The notes beneath the pieces were generated by a model. The model worked only from the letters and a program-made list of their open reading frames with translations, did not search any database and was not told where the DNA came from. Positions 1-8,287 of a DNA stretch of 36,253 nucleotides are shown here, piece after piece. Position numbers and translations under genes: made by a program. Origin of the DNA: Deltaproteobacteria bacterium (lineage in GTDB: Bacteria > Myxococcota > Myxococcia > Myxococcales > UBA5297); NCBI GenBank assembly GCA_016218885.1, contig JACRCT010000657.1, positions 1 through 36,253 of the forward strand, given 5' to 3'. Position 1 is the first letter of the stretch. Each line of letters begins with the position of its first letter.

Positions 1-2
1 AC

Positions 3-383
3 GTCCAGAGCAAGCTCACGCCGCTCTACCAGCGCCACCTCGAGGTGGTCGAGCTGGTGCGCAGCCGGGCCCGGCTGGAGAGCGGGGTCGTCTTCTACGA
101 CGTCGGCGACCAGGACGTGGGCGCCCTCAACAAGTTCATCAGCTACGACCTGTTCCCCCAGGCCCGCTACGCGGTGTCGGTGTCGCGTCATCCCAGCCGC
201 GCCAAGATCTCGGTGGGCTCCAACCCCTGGGCGCGCGAGAAGCGCACCCACGACCTGGCACGCCTCTGCGAGCGCTACGGCGGCGGCGGGCACCCAGTGG
301 TGGGCGCGGTCTCCTTCCCTGCCGATGAGCTGGAGAAGGCCCGTCGGGTCGCGCAGGAGATCGTCGGGCAGCTGAAGGGGTAG
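3..383 (+). CDS. DHH-family phosphoesterase, C-terminal DHHA1-like part (5' truncated by window edge)
   Basis: Frame open from position 3 (VQSKLTPLYQRHLEVVEL...). It ends in 'LCERYGGGGHPVVGAVSF', the GGGH motif typical of DHHA1 domains. Confidence 0.7.
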   Translation, partial: VQSKLTPLYQRHLEVVELVRSRARLESGVVFYDVGDQDVGALNKFISYDLFPQARYAVSVSRHPSRAKISVGSNPWAREKRTHDLARLCERYGGGGHPVVGAVSFPADELEKARRVAQEIVGQLKG

Positions 384-389
384 CGGCCT

Positions 390-1922
390 TCACCTTCCCG
401 GCGGCGGCTGAGCCGGTGCCGCGGCGCGCTCGACCTCGTCCAGGCGTGGCAGGAACACCTTGAAGGTCGTCCCGACCTCCGGCTCGGAGTGGGCCTGCAC
501 CGTGCCGCCCGCCTGCTGGACGATGGCGTACACCGTGGCCAGCCCAAGCCCTGTCCCCTTGCCCGGCTCCCGGGTGGTGAAGAAGGGCTCGAAGAGCCGC
601 TCCTGGACTTCGCGAGTCATGCCGCGGCCGTTGTCGCTGACCGCCAGCGTCACGTAGCGGCCCGGGGAGAGGCCGGCCTGACGCGTGCTCGCTTGGTCGT
701 CGAGGTCGACGTTGGCGGTCTCGATGACCAGCTTGGCGCCGGCCCGGCCGGCCATCGCGTCGCGGGCGTTGAGGACGAGGTTGAGCAGCACCTGACCCAT
801 CTGCTCGCCGTCGGCGCGGGCGCGGCCCAGCGCGGGGTCGCTGACTGCCACCAGGTCGAGGTCGTTGCCCAGGGCATGGCGCAGCACCTTCTCGGAGTCG
901 CGGACCAGCGTGTTCAGGTCGAGCGGCTCGAGGGGGGCGGGGCGCTTGTGGCTGAAGGTCAGCAACTGCCGGGTGAGGCGGGTGGCGCGTTGGGCGACGT
1001 CGAGGATGTCCCGGGCGCGTTCGCGGGTCTTCTCCTGCTCGGCAGAGCCGGCGGCGATGAGCTGGGCGTTGCCGACCACGAGGGCCAGCAAGTCGTCGAA
1101 ATCGTGAGCCACCCTGTCGGCGACGCGCCCCAGCGCGTCCATCTTCTGGGCGTGCCGCAGGTGCTCCTCGAGGGCGGCGCGCTCGCGCTCGGCCCGCTCG
1201 CGCTCGGTGACGTCGCGCACCGCCACGATGCGCATGGCTCGGCGCTGGAAGAGGAACTGGCCGAAGGAGACCTCGGCCGCGAAGGACGAGCCGTCCTTGC
1301 GCACGTGCCGCTGCGCCGCAAGACCCGCGTTCCCCTCGCGCGGAATCCCCACCCCGAGCCGATCGACCGTCATGGCCGCCAACTCGTTCTGGCTGTAGCC
1401 GTAGAGGCGCTGGGCTGCAGAGTTGGCGTCCTGGATTCGACCGAGATCGGCGTCGCAGACCAGGATGGCGTCGCAGGAGGCCTGAAAGACGCCGCGGTGG
1501 CGCTCCTCGCTCTCGGCGAAGCGGTCGAGCAGGCGGCGCTGGTCGCGCTTGAGGCGAACCTTCTCGGCGGCGTTCTGGACCTTCAGGTTGAGGTCGTCGA
1601 AGTCCTCGATGGGCTTCTGGATGTAGTCGAAGGCCCCCACCTTCACGGCCTCGATCGCCGAGTCGAGCGAGGCGTAGCCGGTAAGGAGGATGACCTCCAC
1701 GTCGGGGTGCAGGTGCTTGAGCTCCCGGGCGACGTCCAGCCCCGTCCGGTCGGGGAGGTTCTTGTCGACCAGGGCCACCTCGAGCGAAGGGCACCGCCCG
1801 GCCAGGGAGAGCGCCTGGCCGGCGGTCTCCGCCACGAGGAACTCACGATCGGTCCGCGCCAGGATGCTCTGCAGCACGGTGAGGATCACCGGCTCGTCAT
1901 CGACGATGAGGATCTTGTTCAT
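390..1922 (-). CDS. Hybrid sensor kinase, REC-PAS-HisKA-HATPase
   Basis: N-terminal receiver (KILIVDDE, VALVDKNLP, LLTGY, YIQKP), PAS (HVRKDGSSF), H-box VAHDFDDLL, N-box NLVLNARDAM, DNGRGM, FFTTREPGKGTGLGLA. Start placed at ATG 1922 (MNKIL) rather than 1991. Confidence 0.9.
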   Translation of the reverse strand: MNKILIVDDEPVILTVLQSILARTDREFLVAETAGQALSLAGRCPSLEVALVDKNLPDRTGLDVARELKHLHPDVEVILLTGYASLDSAIEAVKVGAFDYIQKPIEDFDDLNLKVQNAAEKVRLKRDQRRLLDRFAESEERHRGVFQASCDAILVCDADLGRIQDANSAAQRLYGYSQNELAAMTVDRLGVGIPREGNAGLAAQRHVRKDGSSFAAEVSFGQFLFQRRAMRIVAVRDVTERERAERERAALEEHLRHAQKMDALGRVADRVAHDFDDLLALVVGNAQLIAAGSAEQEKTRERARDILDVAQRATRLTRQLLTFSHKRPAPLEPLDLNTLVRDSEKVLRHALGNDLDLVAVSDPALGRARADGEQMGQVLLNLVLNARDAMAGRAGAKLVIETANVDLDDQASTRQAGLSPGRYVTLAVSDNGRGMTREVQERLFEPFFTTREPGKGTGLGLATVYAIVQQAGGTVQAHSEPEVGTTFKVFLPRLDEVERAAAPAQPPPGR

Positions 1923-2012
1923 GAGGGTCTCTGGCTTGGCAGACGCGCCTCTGAAAAGCAACGCCGGGAGGCCAAGGCCGCCCGGCGTCAAAGGCTCCTT
2001 CGGATCTCTCGC

Positions 2013-2714
2013 CTACATCTCGGCGAGCATCATGTCCAAGCCGTTCTGGAAGGCGCCCACCCAGACGTTGAGGCTCTCCTCGTCGACCTTGGCGAAGCCC
2101 ATCGCGCCCAGGGTCTTATTGCCCTGGAGGTCCTTGCGGCCCTTGAAGAGGCGGCGGCCCTGGCTGTCATAGACCGAGACGACGGTCTTGGCGTAGGCCT
2201 TGGTGGTGGGGATGATGCCGCCGGTCTGGGTGGTCCACTCCGAGTACACGACGGTGATGAGGTCCACGCCCAAGGCCTGGCAGAGGTCGGTCGCCATCTT
2301 GGGATCGAGGTTGGTCTTGACCATGTCGCTGCGGTCGGCGGCGAAGATGGGCATCTGTGCGCCGGCCGGCTTGGGGGCGAAGACGTTGCCTTCCGCTTTG
2401 GACTTGGCGAGCTTCTGGTAGGGCTCGGCGGCCACGATGGAGGCGGCAGGGACGATGGTCCACTTGGCGCCGAAGGCCGTTTCGGTGAGGCCGAGCATCT
2501 CGTCCATCTTCTTGGTGATGAGCGAGCCGACGTCCTCGCTGTTGCCGTGCTGGAGCGTCTTGCCGAAGTCGCTGACGGTGAGTGAGACCACCGCCATCTT
2601 GGCCTTCTTCTCCTTGGTGGCGTCGAGCTCGGCCTTCATGTTGGCTCCGCCCCCGCAGGCGGCGAGCAACGAGAGCGCGGCGATCACGGCGGTGAAGCTG
2701 AAGAAGCGATGCAT
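2013..2714 (-). CDS. Lipoprotein of unknown function (possibly CsgG/LpoB-like alpha/beta fold)
   Basis: Strong SD (AAGGAGG) before ATG 2714; signal peptide ending in lipobox LAAC; 'LCQALGVDLI' segment resembles CsgG/LpoB-type domains (fold is inference). Confidence 0.75.
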   Translation of the reverse strand: MHRFFSFTAVIAALSLLAACGGGANMKAELDATKEKKAKMAVVSLTVSDFGKTLQHGNSEDVGSLITKKMDEMLGLTETAFGAKWTIVPAASIVAAEPYQKLAKSKAEGNVFAPKPAGAQMPIFAADRSDMVKTNLDPKMATDLCQALGVDLITVVYSEWTTQTGGIIPTTKAYAKTVVSVYDSQGRRLFKGRKDLQGNKTLGAMGFAKVDEESLNVWVGAFQNGLDMMLAEM

Positions 2715-2841
2715 TATTTCCTCCTTGAGACCGGTGAGCACGGCAAGGCACGGACACCAAAATCGACGCTGGAAACTACCACAGCCCCTGGAGTCGAGTG
2801 CCAGCCCCCCCGCTCTTCTCACCCTTTCGCTTGCCGGGGAA

Positions 2842-2859
2842 CTCCCGACGAAGGGACTA
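2842..2859. repeat. Dispersed intergenic element, copy 1 (core only)
   Basis: CTCCCGACGAAGGGACT, overlapping the TAG stop of the response regulator. Confidence 0.7.
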
Positions 2860-3240
2860 TGGGCACCAGCGGCGCACGGCCTGGAGAAGCACGTCGAGGT
2901 CGATGGGCTTCTTGAGATAGCCGTCGGCGCGCACCGAACCCGGGTCGGCTCCGCGCACGTCTCCGGAGAGCACGACCACGGGGATGGAGGCGAGCGCCGC
3001 GTCGCGCAGCTGCTCGGCCCGAAATTGCCAGCCGTTCATCAGGGGCATCATCAGGTCGAGCAGGATGAGCCCTGGACGCTCGCCCCCGCGCAGCGCTTCC
3101 AGCGCCTCGGTCCCGTTGGCGAAGGCGAGGACGCGCCACCCTTCGAGCTCGAGCAGCTGGCTGACCATGGCCCGGATGTCCGGGTCGTCCTCTACGAGCA
3201 TCACCGCCGCCGGCGCGGCTCCCTCCTGGTGCTCGCTCAT
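2857..3240 (-). CDS. Single-domain response regulator
   Basis: VMLVEDD, LILLDLMMP, VVVLSG, YLKKP. Its ATG (3240) overlaps the TGA of the upstream kinase (ATGA coupling). Confidence 0.92.
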   Translation of the reverse strand: MSEHQEGAAPAAVMLVEDDPDIRAMVSQLLELEGWRVLAFANGTEALEALRGGERPGLILLDLMMPLMNGWQFRAEQLRDAALASIPVVVLSGDVRGADPGSVRADGYLKKPIDLDVLLQAVRRWCP

Positions 3241-5441
3241 GCGACTCCCCGCTCGCTGTCTGCCTTGGCGTGCGGGCCGTTGCACGGGAGCTCGACGAGG
3301 AAGGTCGAGCCGGAGCCGGGCTGGCTCTGCACCTGTATCGAGCCGCCCAGCGCGTCCAACACCCGCCGCACGATGTAGAGCCCCAACCCCAGGCCGCTGT
3401 AGTGGCGCGCTGACACCGCGCGCTCGAACCGCTCGAAGATGCGTCCCACCCTCTCCGGGGGAATGCCGATGCCCTGGTCACGCACCACCAGGCGGGCCAG
3501 GTCCGCCTCGGCGGTCACCTCGATCTCCACGGGCTTGCCTGCTCCGTACTTGAGCGCGTTGGAGAGCAGGTTCGCCACCACCTGCTCCAGCCGCGCCCTA
3601 TCCCACCGGCCCACCACGGGCACCTCGGCCTTCAGCGTGACCGCACAGCCGGAGCGCGCTGCCTCGGCGGCCGTCTGCGCCAGGATCTCCCGGGCGACCG
3701 TCGTGAGATCGACCTGCTCCAGCTGCAGGTCCAGGCGTCCCGCCTGGATGCGTGAGACATCGAGGAGCCGATCGATGAGCTGCGCCATTCGCCCGCTCTG
3801 GCGCGTCGCGGTCTCCAGCGAGCTGGCCAGAAACTCCGGCGGCACCTTGGCCAGGGACCCCGCCTTGGTGAGCCGCAAGAGCCCCTGCGCGGCCAGCTGC
3901 AGGCTGGTGATGGGGGTGCGTAGCTCGTGGCTGGCGATAGAGAGGAACTCGTCGCGTGCCCGGACCGCCTCCTGGGTGCGCAGGTAGAGCCGGGCGTTGT
4001 CCACCGCCAACGCGGCGCGGATGGCCAGATCCTCGGCCAGCGCCAGGTCCTTGTCGCCGTAGTGCCGGCCCGACGGCCCGTAAGCCAGGGTGATGGCCCC
4101 TAGCTGCTTGCCGCGCGCGGTGAGGGGGACGATGAGCAGCGAGTGCGCTCCCAGCTCCTCCAGCAGGGCGCGGTGGCCCTCGTCGCGGGCGATGGCTTGG
4201 AGGTGCTCCGGCGTGACCTCGGCGATCAGCTCGCTCTGCCCGGTGCGCAGCACCTTGGGCACCCCCGCCGGCCAGCTCAGGTTGGGAGGGAAGCGGATGC
4301 GCAGCTGGTGCGCCGCCTCCGCCCGTGCCGGGTCGACGTGCGCCACCGCGACCCGGTGCAGGGAGCGGTCCTCCTCCACCACGTCCACCACGCACCAGTC
4401 GGCGAAGCCGGGAAGGGCCAGGTGCGCCACCCGCTCCAGAGTCGCCGCCCAGTCGAGCGAGGCCGCCAGCAGCCGGCTGGCCTCGGCCAGGAACGCGGCT
4501 CTTCGCTGTGCATCCTCGGCGGCCTCGCGCGCCGCCTGCTCCTTCTCCAGCAGGCGCAGCCGCTCCCACTCGGCGCGACGGCGCTCGGTGGCGTCACGGA
4601 AGCCCCAGCTGCGCCCGAAGTAGACCCCTTCTCCGCTGCGCACCGGGGTGCAGGTCACGTCCAGGATGTGCCCATCATGCAGGCGGATCTCGCCCACGTT
4701 CGCCGCCTCGCCGCTGGCCGCGTAGCGCTCCAGGCGCGCACGGACCTCGGCCGGCTCCTGCGCGTGCTCGGTCATCGAGGAGAGGAGCCTCTCGGGCGGG
4801 GGTAGGGGGCCGTCGGGCAGATGGAAGAGCTCGCGGAAGCGCCGGTTGCAGGAGACCGAGGCGTCCACGGCCACGAAGAGGATCCCGTCGAAGGCCGCCT
4901 CGCGCTGACTCTCCAGGAGCGTCTTCTGCTCGTAGAGCCGGCGCTCGCTTTCGAGGGTGCGGGCGTAGAGCTGCCGGTGCAGGAGCGCCGTGCGGACGAT
5001 CTCCACCAGGCGCTCGACGACGCCGTGGAACTGCACCGGCAAGCGCGGCCCACCCTCGAAGAACAGCACCAGCCCGGAGGCGGCCTGCCCAGCGTCGGGA
5101 GCGGTGATGCGGAAGCTCCAGCGTACCAGCCCCTCCCTCGCCAGCTCGGGGTAGGGCAGCTCGGACGGGAAGGAATCGGCCGGGTCGAGCGGACCCAGGG
5201 GCATTCGCCTCGACGCCCGAGACAGGCCTGCCGCTCCGAACAGACGCGCCGCGCCTGAAGGCTCGGCTTCGCCTACGCACAGGGCCGCCACGCAGCCCAG
5301 CCGCACCGCCAGCCGATCGAGGAAGTCGTCCATCGATCGCCGGGGATCGAACAGGTCGAGCGCCGCCACCGTGAGCTCCTGCAGGACGCTGGCCCGTGCC
5401 AGGCGCTCCTCGGTGAGCTTGAGCTCGGCGTCAGCGACCAC
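3237..5441 (-). CDS. Sensor histidine kinase with degenerate GAF, PAS and GAF domains
   Basis: GAF (FADWCVVDV...LIVPLTARG...AVDNARLY), H-box FLSIASHELRTPI, NLLSNALKY, DQGIGI, GLGLGL. Confidence 0.92.
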   Translation of the reverse strand: MVADAELKLTEERLARASVLQELTVAALDLFDPRRSMDDFLDRLAVRLGCVAALCVGEAEPSGAARLFGAAGLSRASRRMPLGPLDPADSFPSELPYPELAREGLVRWSFRITAPDAGQAASGLVLFFEGGPRLPVQFHGVVERLVEIVRTALLHRQLYARTLESERRLYEQKTLLESQREAAFDGILFVAVDASVSCNRRFRELFHLPDGPLPPPERLLSSMTEHAQEPAEVRARLERYAASGEAANVGEIRLHDGHILDVTCTPVRSGEGVYFGRSWGFRDATERRRAEWERLRLLEKEQAAREAAEDAQRRAAFLAEASRLLAASLDWAATLERVAHLALPGFADWCVVDVVEEDRSLHRVAVAHVDPARAEAAHQLRIRFPPNLSWPAGVPKVLRTGQSELIAEVTPEHLQAIARDEGHRALLEELGAHSLLIVPLTARGKQLGAITLAYGPSGRHYGDKDLALAEDLAIRAALAVDNARLYLRTQEAVRARDEFLSIASHELRTPITSLQLAAQGLLRLTKAGSLAKVPPEFLASSLETATRQSGRMAQLIDRLLDVSRIQAGRLDLQLEQVDLTTVAREILAQTAAEAARSGCAVTLKAEVPVVGRWDRARLEQVVANLLSNALKYGAGKPVEIEVTAEADLARLVVRDQGIGIPPERVGRIFERFERAVSARHYSGLGLGLYIVRRVLDALGGSIQVQSQPGSGSTFLVELPCNGPHAKADSERGVA

Positions 5442-5450
5442 GGCGCTCCT

Positions 5451-6626
5451 TCAGCCCGGCAGAGCCAAGACCGCAGTGGTCTTGTTGTGGAACTGCGGCA
5501 CCGCTGCCCCCAGCGCACCCACCTCGCCCATGGTGAGGCAGCCCATCCACGGCACGCCCTGGCCCAGGCCCTCGCTCACCGCATTAAGCTCGTCGCGCAG
5601 GCCCTGGTCGCCCAGCAGCAGAAAGCGCGAGACACAGTCGAAGACGAAGGCGCCACCCAGGGGCCCGCCGACCGCGGCGCGGGCGGCCTCGGCGGCGGCG
5701 CGCGCCGCCCCCACCAGGTCCGACCCGTTCGACTCCATCACCCTCACCAGCGAGCCGTCCGGCACCTCGGCCACGCAGCGCAAAGAGCCGTCCGCCTCCA
5801 CGCCGATGGGGTCGCGGATGAGGTGGTCTCCGTCGGCCTGGGGGATGCCCAGCGGGTGGCGCATGGCGAAAGCCGTGAACCCCTCGCGGGTGACCTCGTC
5901 GCCTCGCTCGGTGGCCGAGCGCCGGTAGACCTCGAAGGCCTGCTCGTACTCCAGCTCGAGCACGTGGGAGCCGCGGGCGCGCGTGACCATGGTCGGGGGG
6001 CCGTAAGGGCGCCAGCCGTGCCGCATGCCTGCCCCCGTGTGCCCCGGCAGGTCCAGCGCCGCGGCCACCGCGTGGTCAGAGAAGGCCTGGCCGCGGGCGA
6101 ACTGCGCCGCCTGGATGAAGCGCAGATTGTCGCCAGCGCCGCCTCCCGCCCAGGCCAGCGCGGTGCCGCCCTCGTGCACCGCGCCGCGCACCACCTCGGC
6201 GCCGTGGCCGCCCAAGGCATTCATGAAGAGCAAGGCCATCCGCCCGCGGGTGGCGCTGCGAGCGGGGAGCTGGTCGAGCGCCCGGGCCACCGCTGCCGCC
6301 CCTGCCGAGCGAGGATTGCCGCTGACGGGGCCGGCCGCGCCCACCCCCACGAAGGCCTGAGGAGAGGAGACGACGCCCACCACCAGCCCTGCGCGCAGGA
6401 ACGCGGCGTCGGCAAAGACCCCCGCTGCGCTGCAGCCGACCCAGGGAAGGTTGCCCAGCTGGCGTGAGCGGGCGCCGGCCAGGACCTCGCCGGGATACCC
6501 GTCGGTCGCCAGCACCACCGCGAGGGCGGGATGCAGCGCGTCTTTCATGGCCGCGCCGGTGGCCTCGGCAACTGCTGCGCCGAGGTCTTCCTGTGTGCTC
6601 TTGCCGATATGCAGCTTGGAGATCAT
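5451..6626 (-). CDS. FIST-domain signal transduction protein (FIST_N + FIST_C)
   Basis: GCSAAG, GGGAGD, HGWRPYG, VLELE..AFEVY, HPLGI, DCVSR, GCLTMGE, FHNKT motifs; start placed at MISKL (6626). It lies 9 bp upstream of the kinase on the same strand. Confidence 0.88.
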   Translation of the reverse strand: MISKLHIGKSTQEDLGAAVAEATGAAMKDALHPALAVVLATDGYPGEVLAGARSRQLGNLPWVGCSAAGVFADAAFLRAGLVVGVVSSPQAFVGVGAAGPVSGNPRSAGAAAVARALDQLPARSATRGRMALLFMNALGGHGAEVVRGAVHEGGTALAWAGGGAGDNLRFIQAAQFARGQAFSDHAVAAALDLPGHTGAGMRHGWRPYGPPTMVTRARGSHVLELEYEQAFEVYRRSATERGDEVTREGFTAFAMRHPLGIPQADGDHLIRDPIGVEADGSLRCVAEVPDGSLVRVMESNGSDLVGAARAAAEAARAAVGGPLGGAFVFDCVSRFLLLGDQGLRDELNAVSEGLGQGVPWMGCLTMGEVGALGAAVPQFHNKTTAVLALPG

Positions 6627-6820
6627 TCCGACGCGTCCGAGGTCGCGAGCGTAGCGCCTGAGCGGCGCCCGCCACAACCGTGCGAGCGCGAGCCGCCAGG
6701 CAGCCGTGCCCTGGCAAGGCGTTCACGTCGCTGAACCTTGGCGGCCGCGCGAGATCGACGTTGACCGCTTTCCTTGCTCTCGAGAAGCGGGATGGTCGGG
6801 TCGAGTATCGGCTTCAGGCC

Positions 6821-6986
6821 GTTCACGTCGCCGTCGCCGTCAACGTCAACGACCACGTCTACGTCCATCTCACGGGGAACCCCATGCTTGGCGTCGAGGT
6901 CCGAAATTCGAGCTTGGCCTCGACGTAATCGTTGACGTTGACGTTGACGGCGACGTTGACGGCGACGGCGACGGCGACGGCGACGG
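6821..6986. repeat. Inverted pair of hexamer tandem arrays (GTCGCC/GTCAAC versus GGCGAC/GTTGAC)
   Basis: Left arm 6821-6873: GTTCAC GTCGCC GTCGCC GTCAAC GTCAAC GACCAC GTCTAC. Right arm ~6919-6986: GTTGAC x3, GGCGAC, GTTGAC, GGCGAC x4. The arms are reverse complements of each other. Confidence 0.9.
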
Positions 6987-7033
6987 AGAGCCTCGATCGC
7001 GCGTGGGAGGCCGACCCAAGAAGACTCCCGACG

Positions 7034-7336
7034 CTAGTGCATGGGTCCCTCAGGCAGCTTGGCGAGATCGATGACCCCGAAGCTCGCCTCATACCGCTTG
7101 AGGTTGTCCTGTAGGGCCAGCAACAGGCGCTTCATGTGCTGGGGGCTGGTGATGATGCGTGAGCGGACCTTGGCCTTGGGCTGCTGCGGCTGCACGTAGA
7201 TGAAGTCCAGGGTGAACTCGGTGGGCGTGTGGTTCACCATCGCCAGGTTGCAGTACGCGCCCTGCGCGGTCTGCTCGTCGAGATCGATCTGCAGTTGGAC
7301 ATCCTTGGGGGCGGGCGCTTCGGGCTTGTCGGCCAT
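7034..7336 (-). CDS. DUF3467-family protein
   Basis: 'LQIDLDEQTAQGAYCNLAMVNHTPTEFTLDF...AKVRSRIITSPQHMKRLLLALQDNLKRYEASFGVI' is the DUF3467 pattern; GGAG SD before ATG 7336. Confidence 0.9.
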   Translation of the reverse strand: MADKPEAPAPKDVQLQIDLDEQTAQGAYCNLAMVNHTPTEFTLDFIYVQPQQPKAKVRSRIITSPQHMKRLLLALQDNLKRYEASFGVIDLAKLPEGPMH

Positions 7337-7486
7337 GGCGGGGCTCCTTCTGACGAGTATGGGTGCGAATCCTACCGCCGCAGCGTTCTGGCTGCTCTCG
7401 CGAACTCTCGAAAGGCGGGCATCGCCTGCTCCTCTGTGAAAAAGGGGGCTGCCAGCCCCTGCGCGGCATGCTATCGGGGAAGGGTG

Positions 7487-8254
7487 GTGCGCCACCCGAC
7501 CGAAGACTCGAGGCTTGTTCCGTTCGACCTGGGCAGAGGTCCTCCGGTCCTGCTGGTCCACGGCTTCACTGGCACTCCCTTCGAGATGCGCTTCCTGGGC
7601 ACGCACCTCGCGCGCCACGGCTTCCGCGCCGTCGGCATGCGGCTGCCCGGCCATGGAGTCGACCCCTTTGCCCTGGAGCAAGCCACCGCCACGCAGTGGG
7701 TCAATGAGGCGCGCGCGGAGCTCCTGCGCATCGGTGAGGGCGGGCGCGCGCACGTGGTGGGACTGTCGATGGGGGCGCTCATCGCCGCCATCCTCGCCGC
7801 TGACCATCCTGACCGCGTGAGCGGCCTGGCGCTGTGCGCCCCGGCGCTACGGCTGAACAAGGTTCGTACCCTGATGATCGGCCTGTCCGCACTGCGCTTC
7901 TTCACGCCTAGGCTGCGCTTCGTCTCCAAGGGGCCCAGCGACCTGCAAGATCCCCTGATGCGAAGGCGGTTGCCGAGCATCGGACGCATCCCTGCCGCGG
8001 CGGTCGAGCAGTTCTCCCGTGTGCGCACCTGGGCCCGCCTGGCCTTGCCCAAAGTGCAGGCTCCGACGGTGGTGGTCTACTCCGAGAACGATCGCACCGT
8101 TCCCTCTGCCGCCGCCTTTGAATGCGCTCGCCTCGTAGGCTCGCGCCCGGTTCGCATGGTACGGCTGGAGCGGTCCAGCCACGTGCTCACGCTCGATGTG
8201 GAGCGCACCCGCGTCGCCGAAGAGATCGAACGCTTCATCCGCGCGCTGGCCTAG
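7487..8254 (+). CDS. Alpha/beta hydrolase, carboxylesterase / monoacylglycerol lipase-like
   Basis: Oxyanion motif HGFTG, LPGHG, nucleophile GLSMG, Asp in SENDRTV, His in SSHVLTLD. Start approximate (GTG 7484 or 7487). Confidence 0.85.
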   Translation: MRHPTEDSRLVPFDLGRGPPVLLVHGFTGTPFEMRFLGTHLARHGFRAVGMRLPGHGVDPFALEQATATQWVNEARAELLRIGEGGRAHVVGLSMGALIAAILAADHPDRVSGLALCAPALRLNKVRTLMIGLSALRFFTPRLRFVSKGPSDLQDPLMRRRLPSIGRIPAAAVEQFSRVRTWARLALPKVQAPTVVVYSENDRTVPSAAAFECARLVGSRPVRMVRLERSSHVLTLDVERTRVAEEIERFIRALA

Positions 8255-8287
8255 AGAGAGGTCCGCGCCTCGTCGAGGAGCCGCCAG

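Noticed and set aside
6821-6986. CRISPR array
   Set aside because: Repeats are tandem hexamers without unique spacers, and there are no cas genes in the window.
6623-7114. Small ORFs with VDVDGDGD, TATATA or VAVAVNVN runs
   Set aside because: They are translations of the hexamer arrays in different frames; no evidence of coding.
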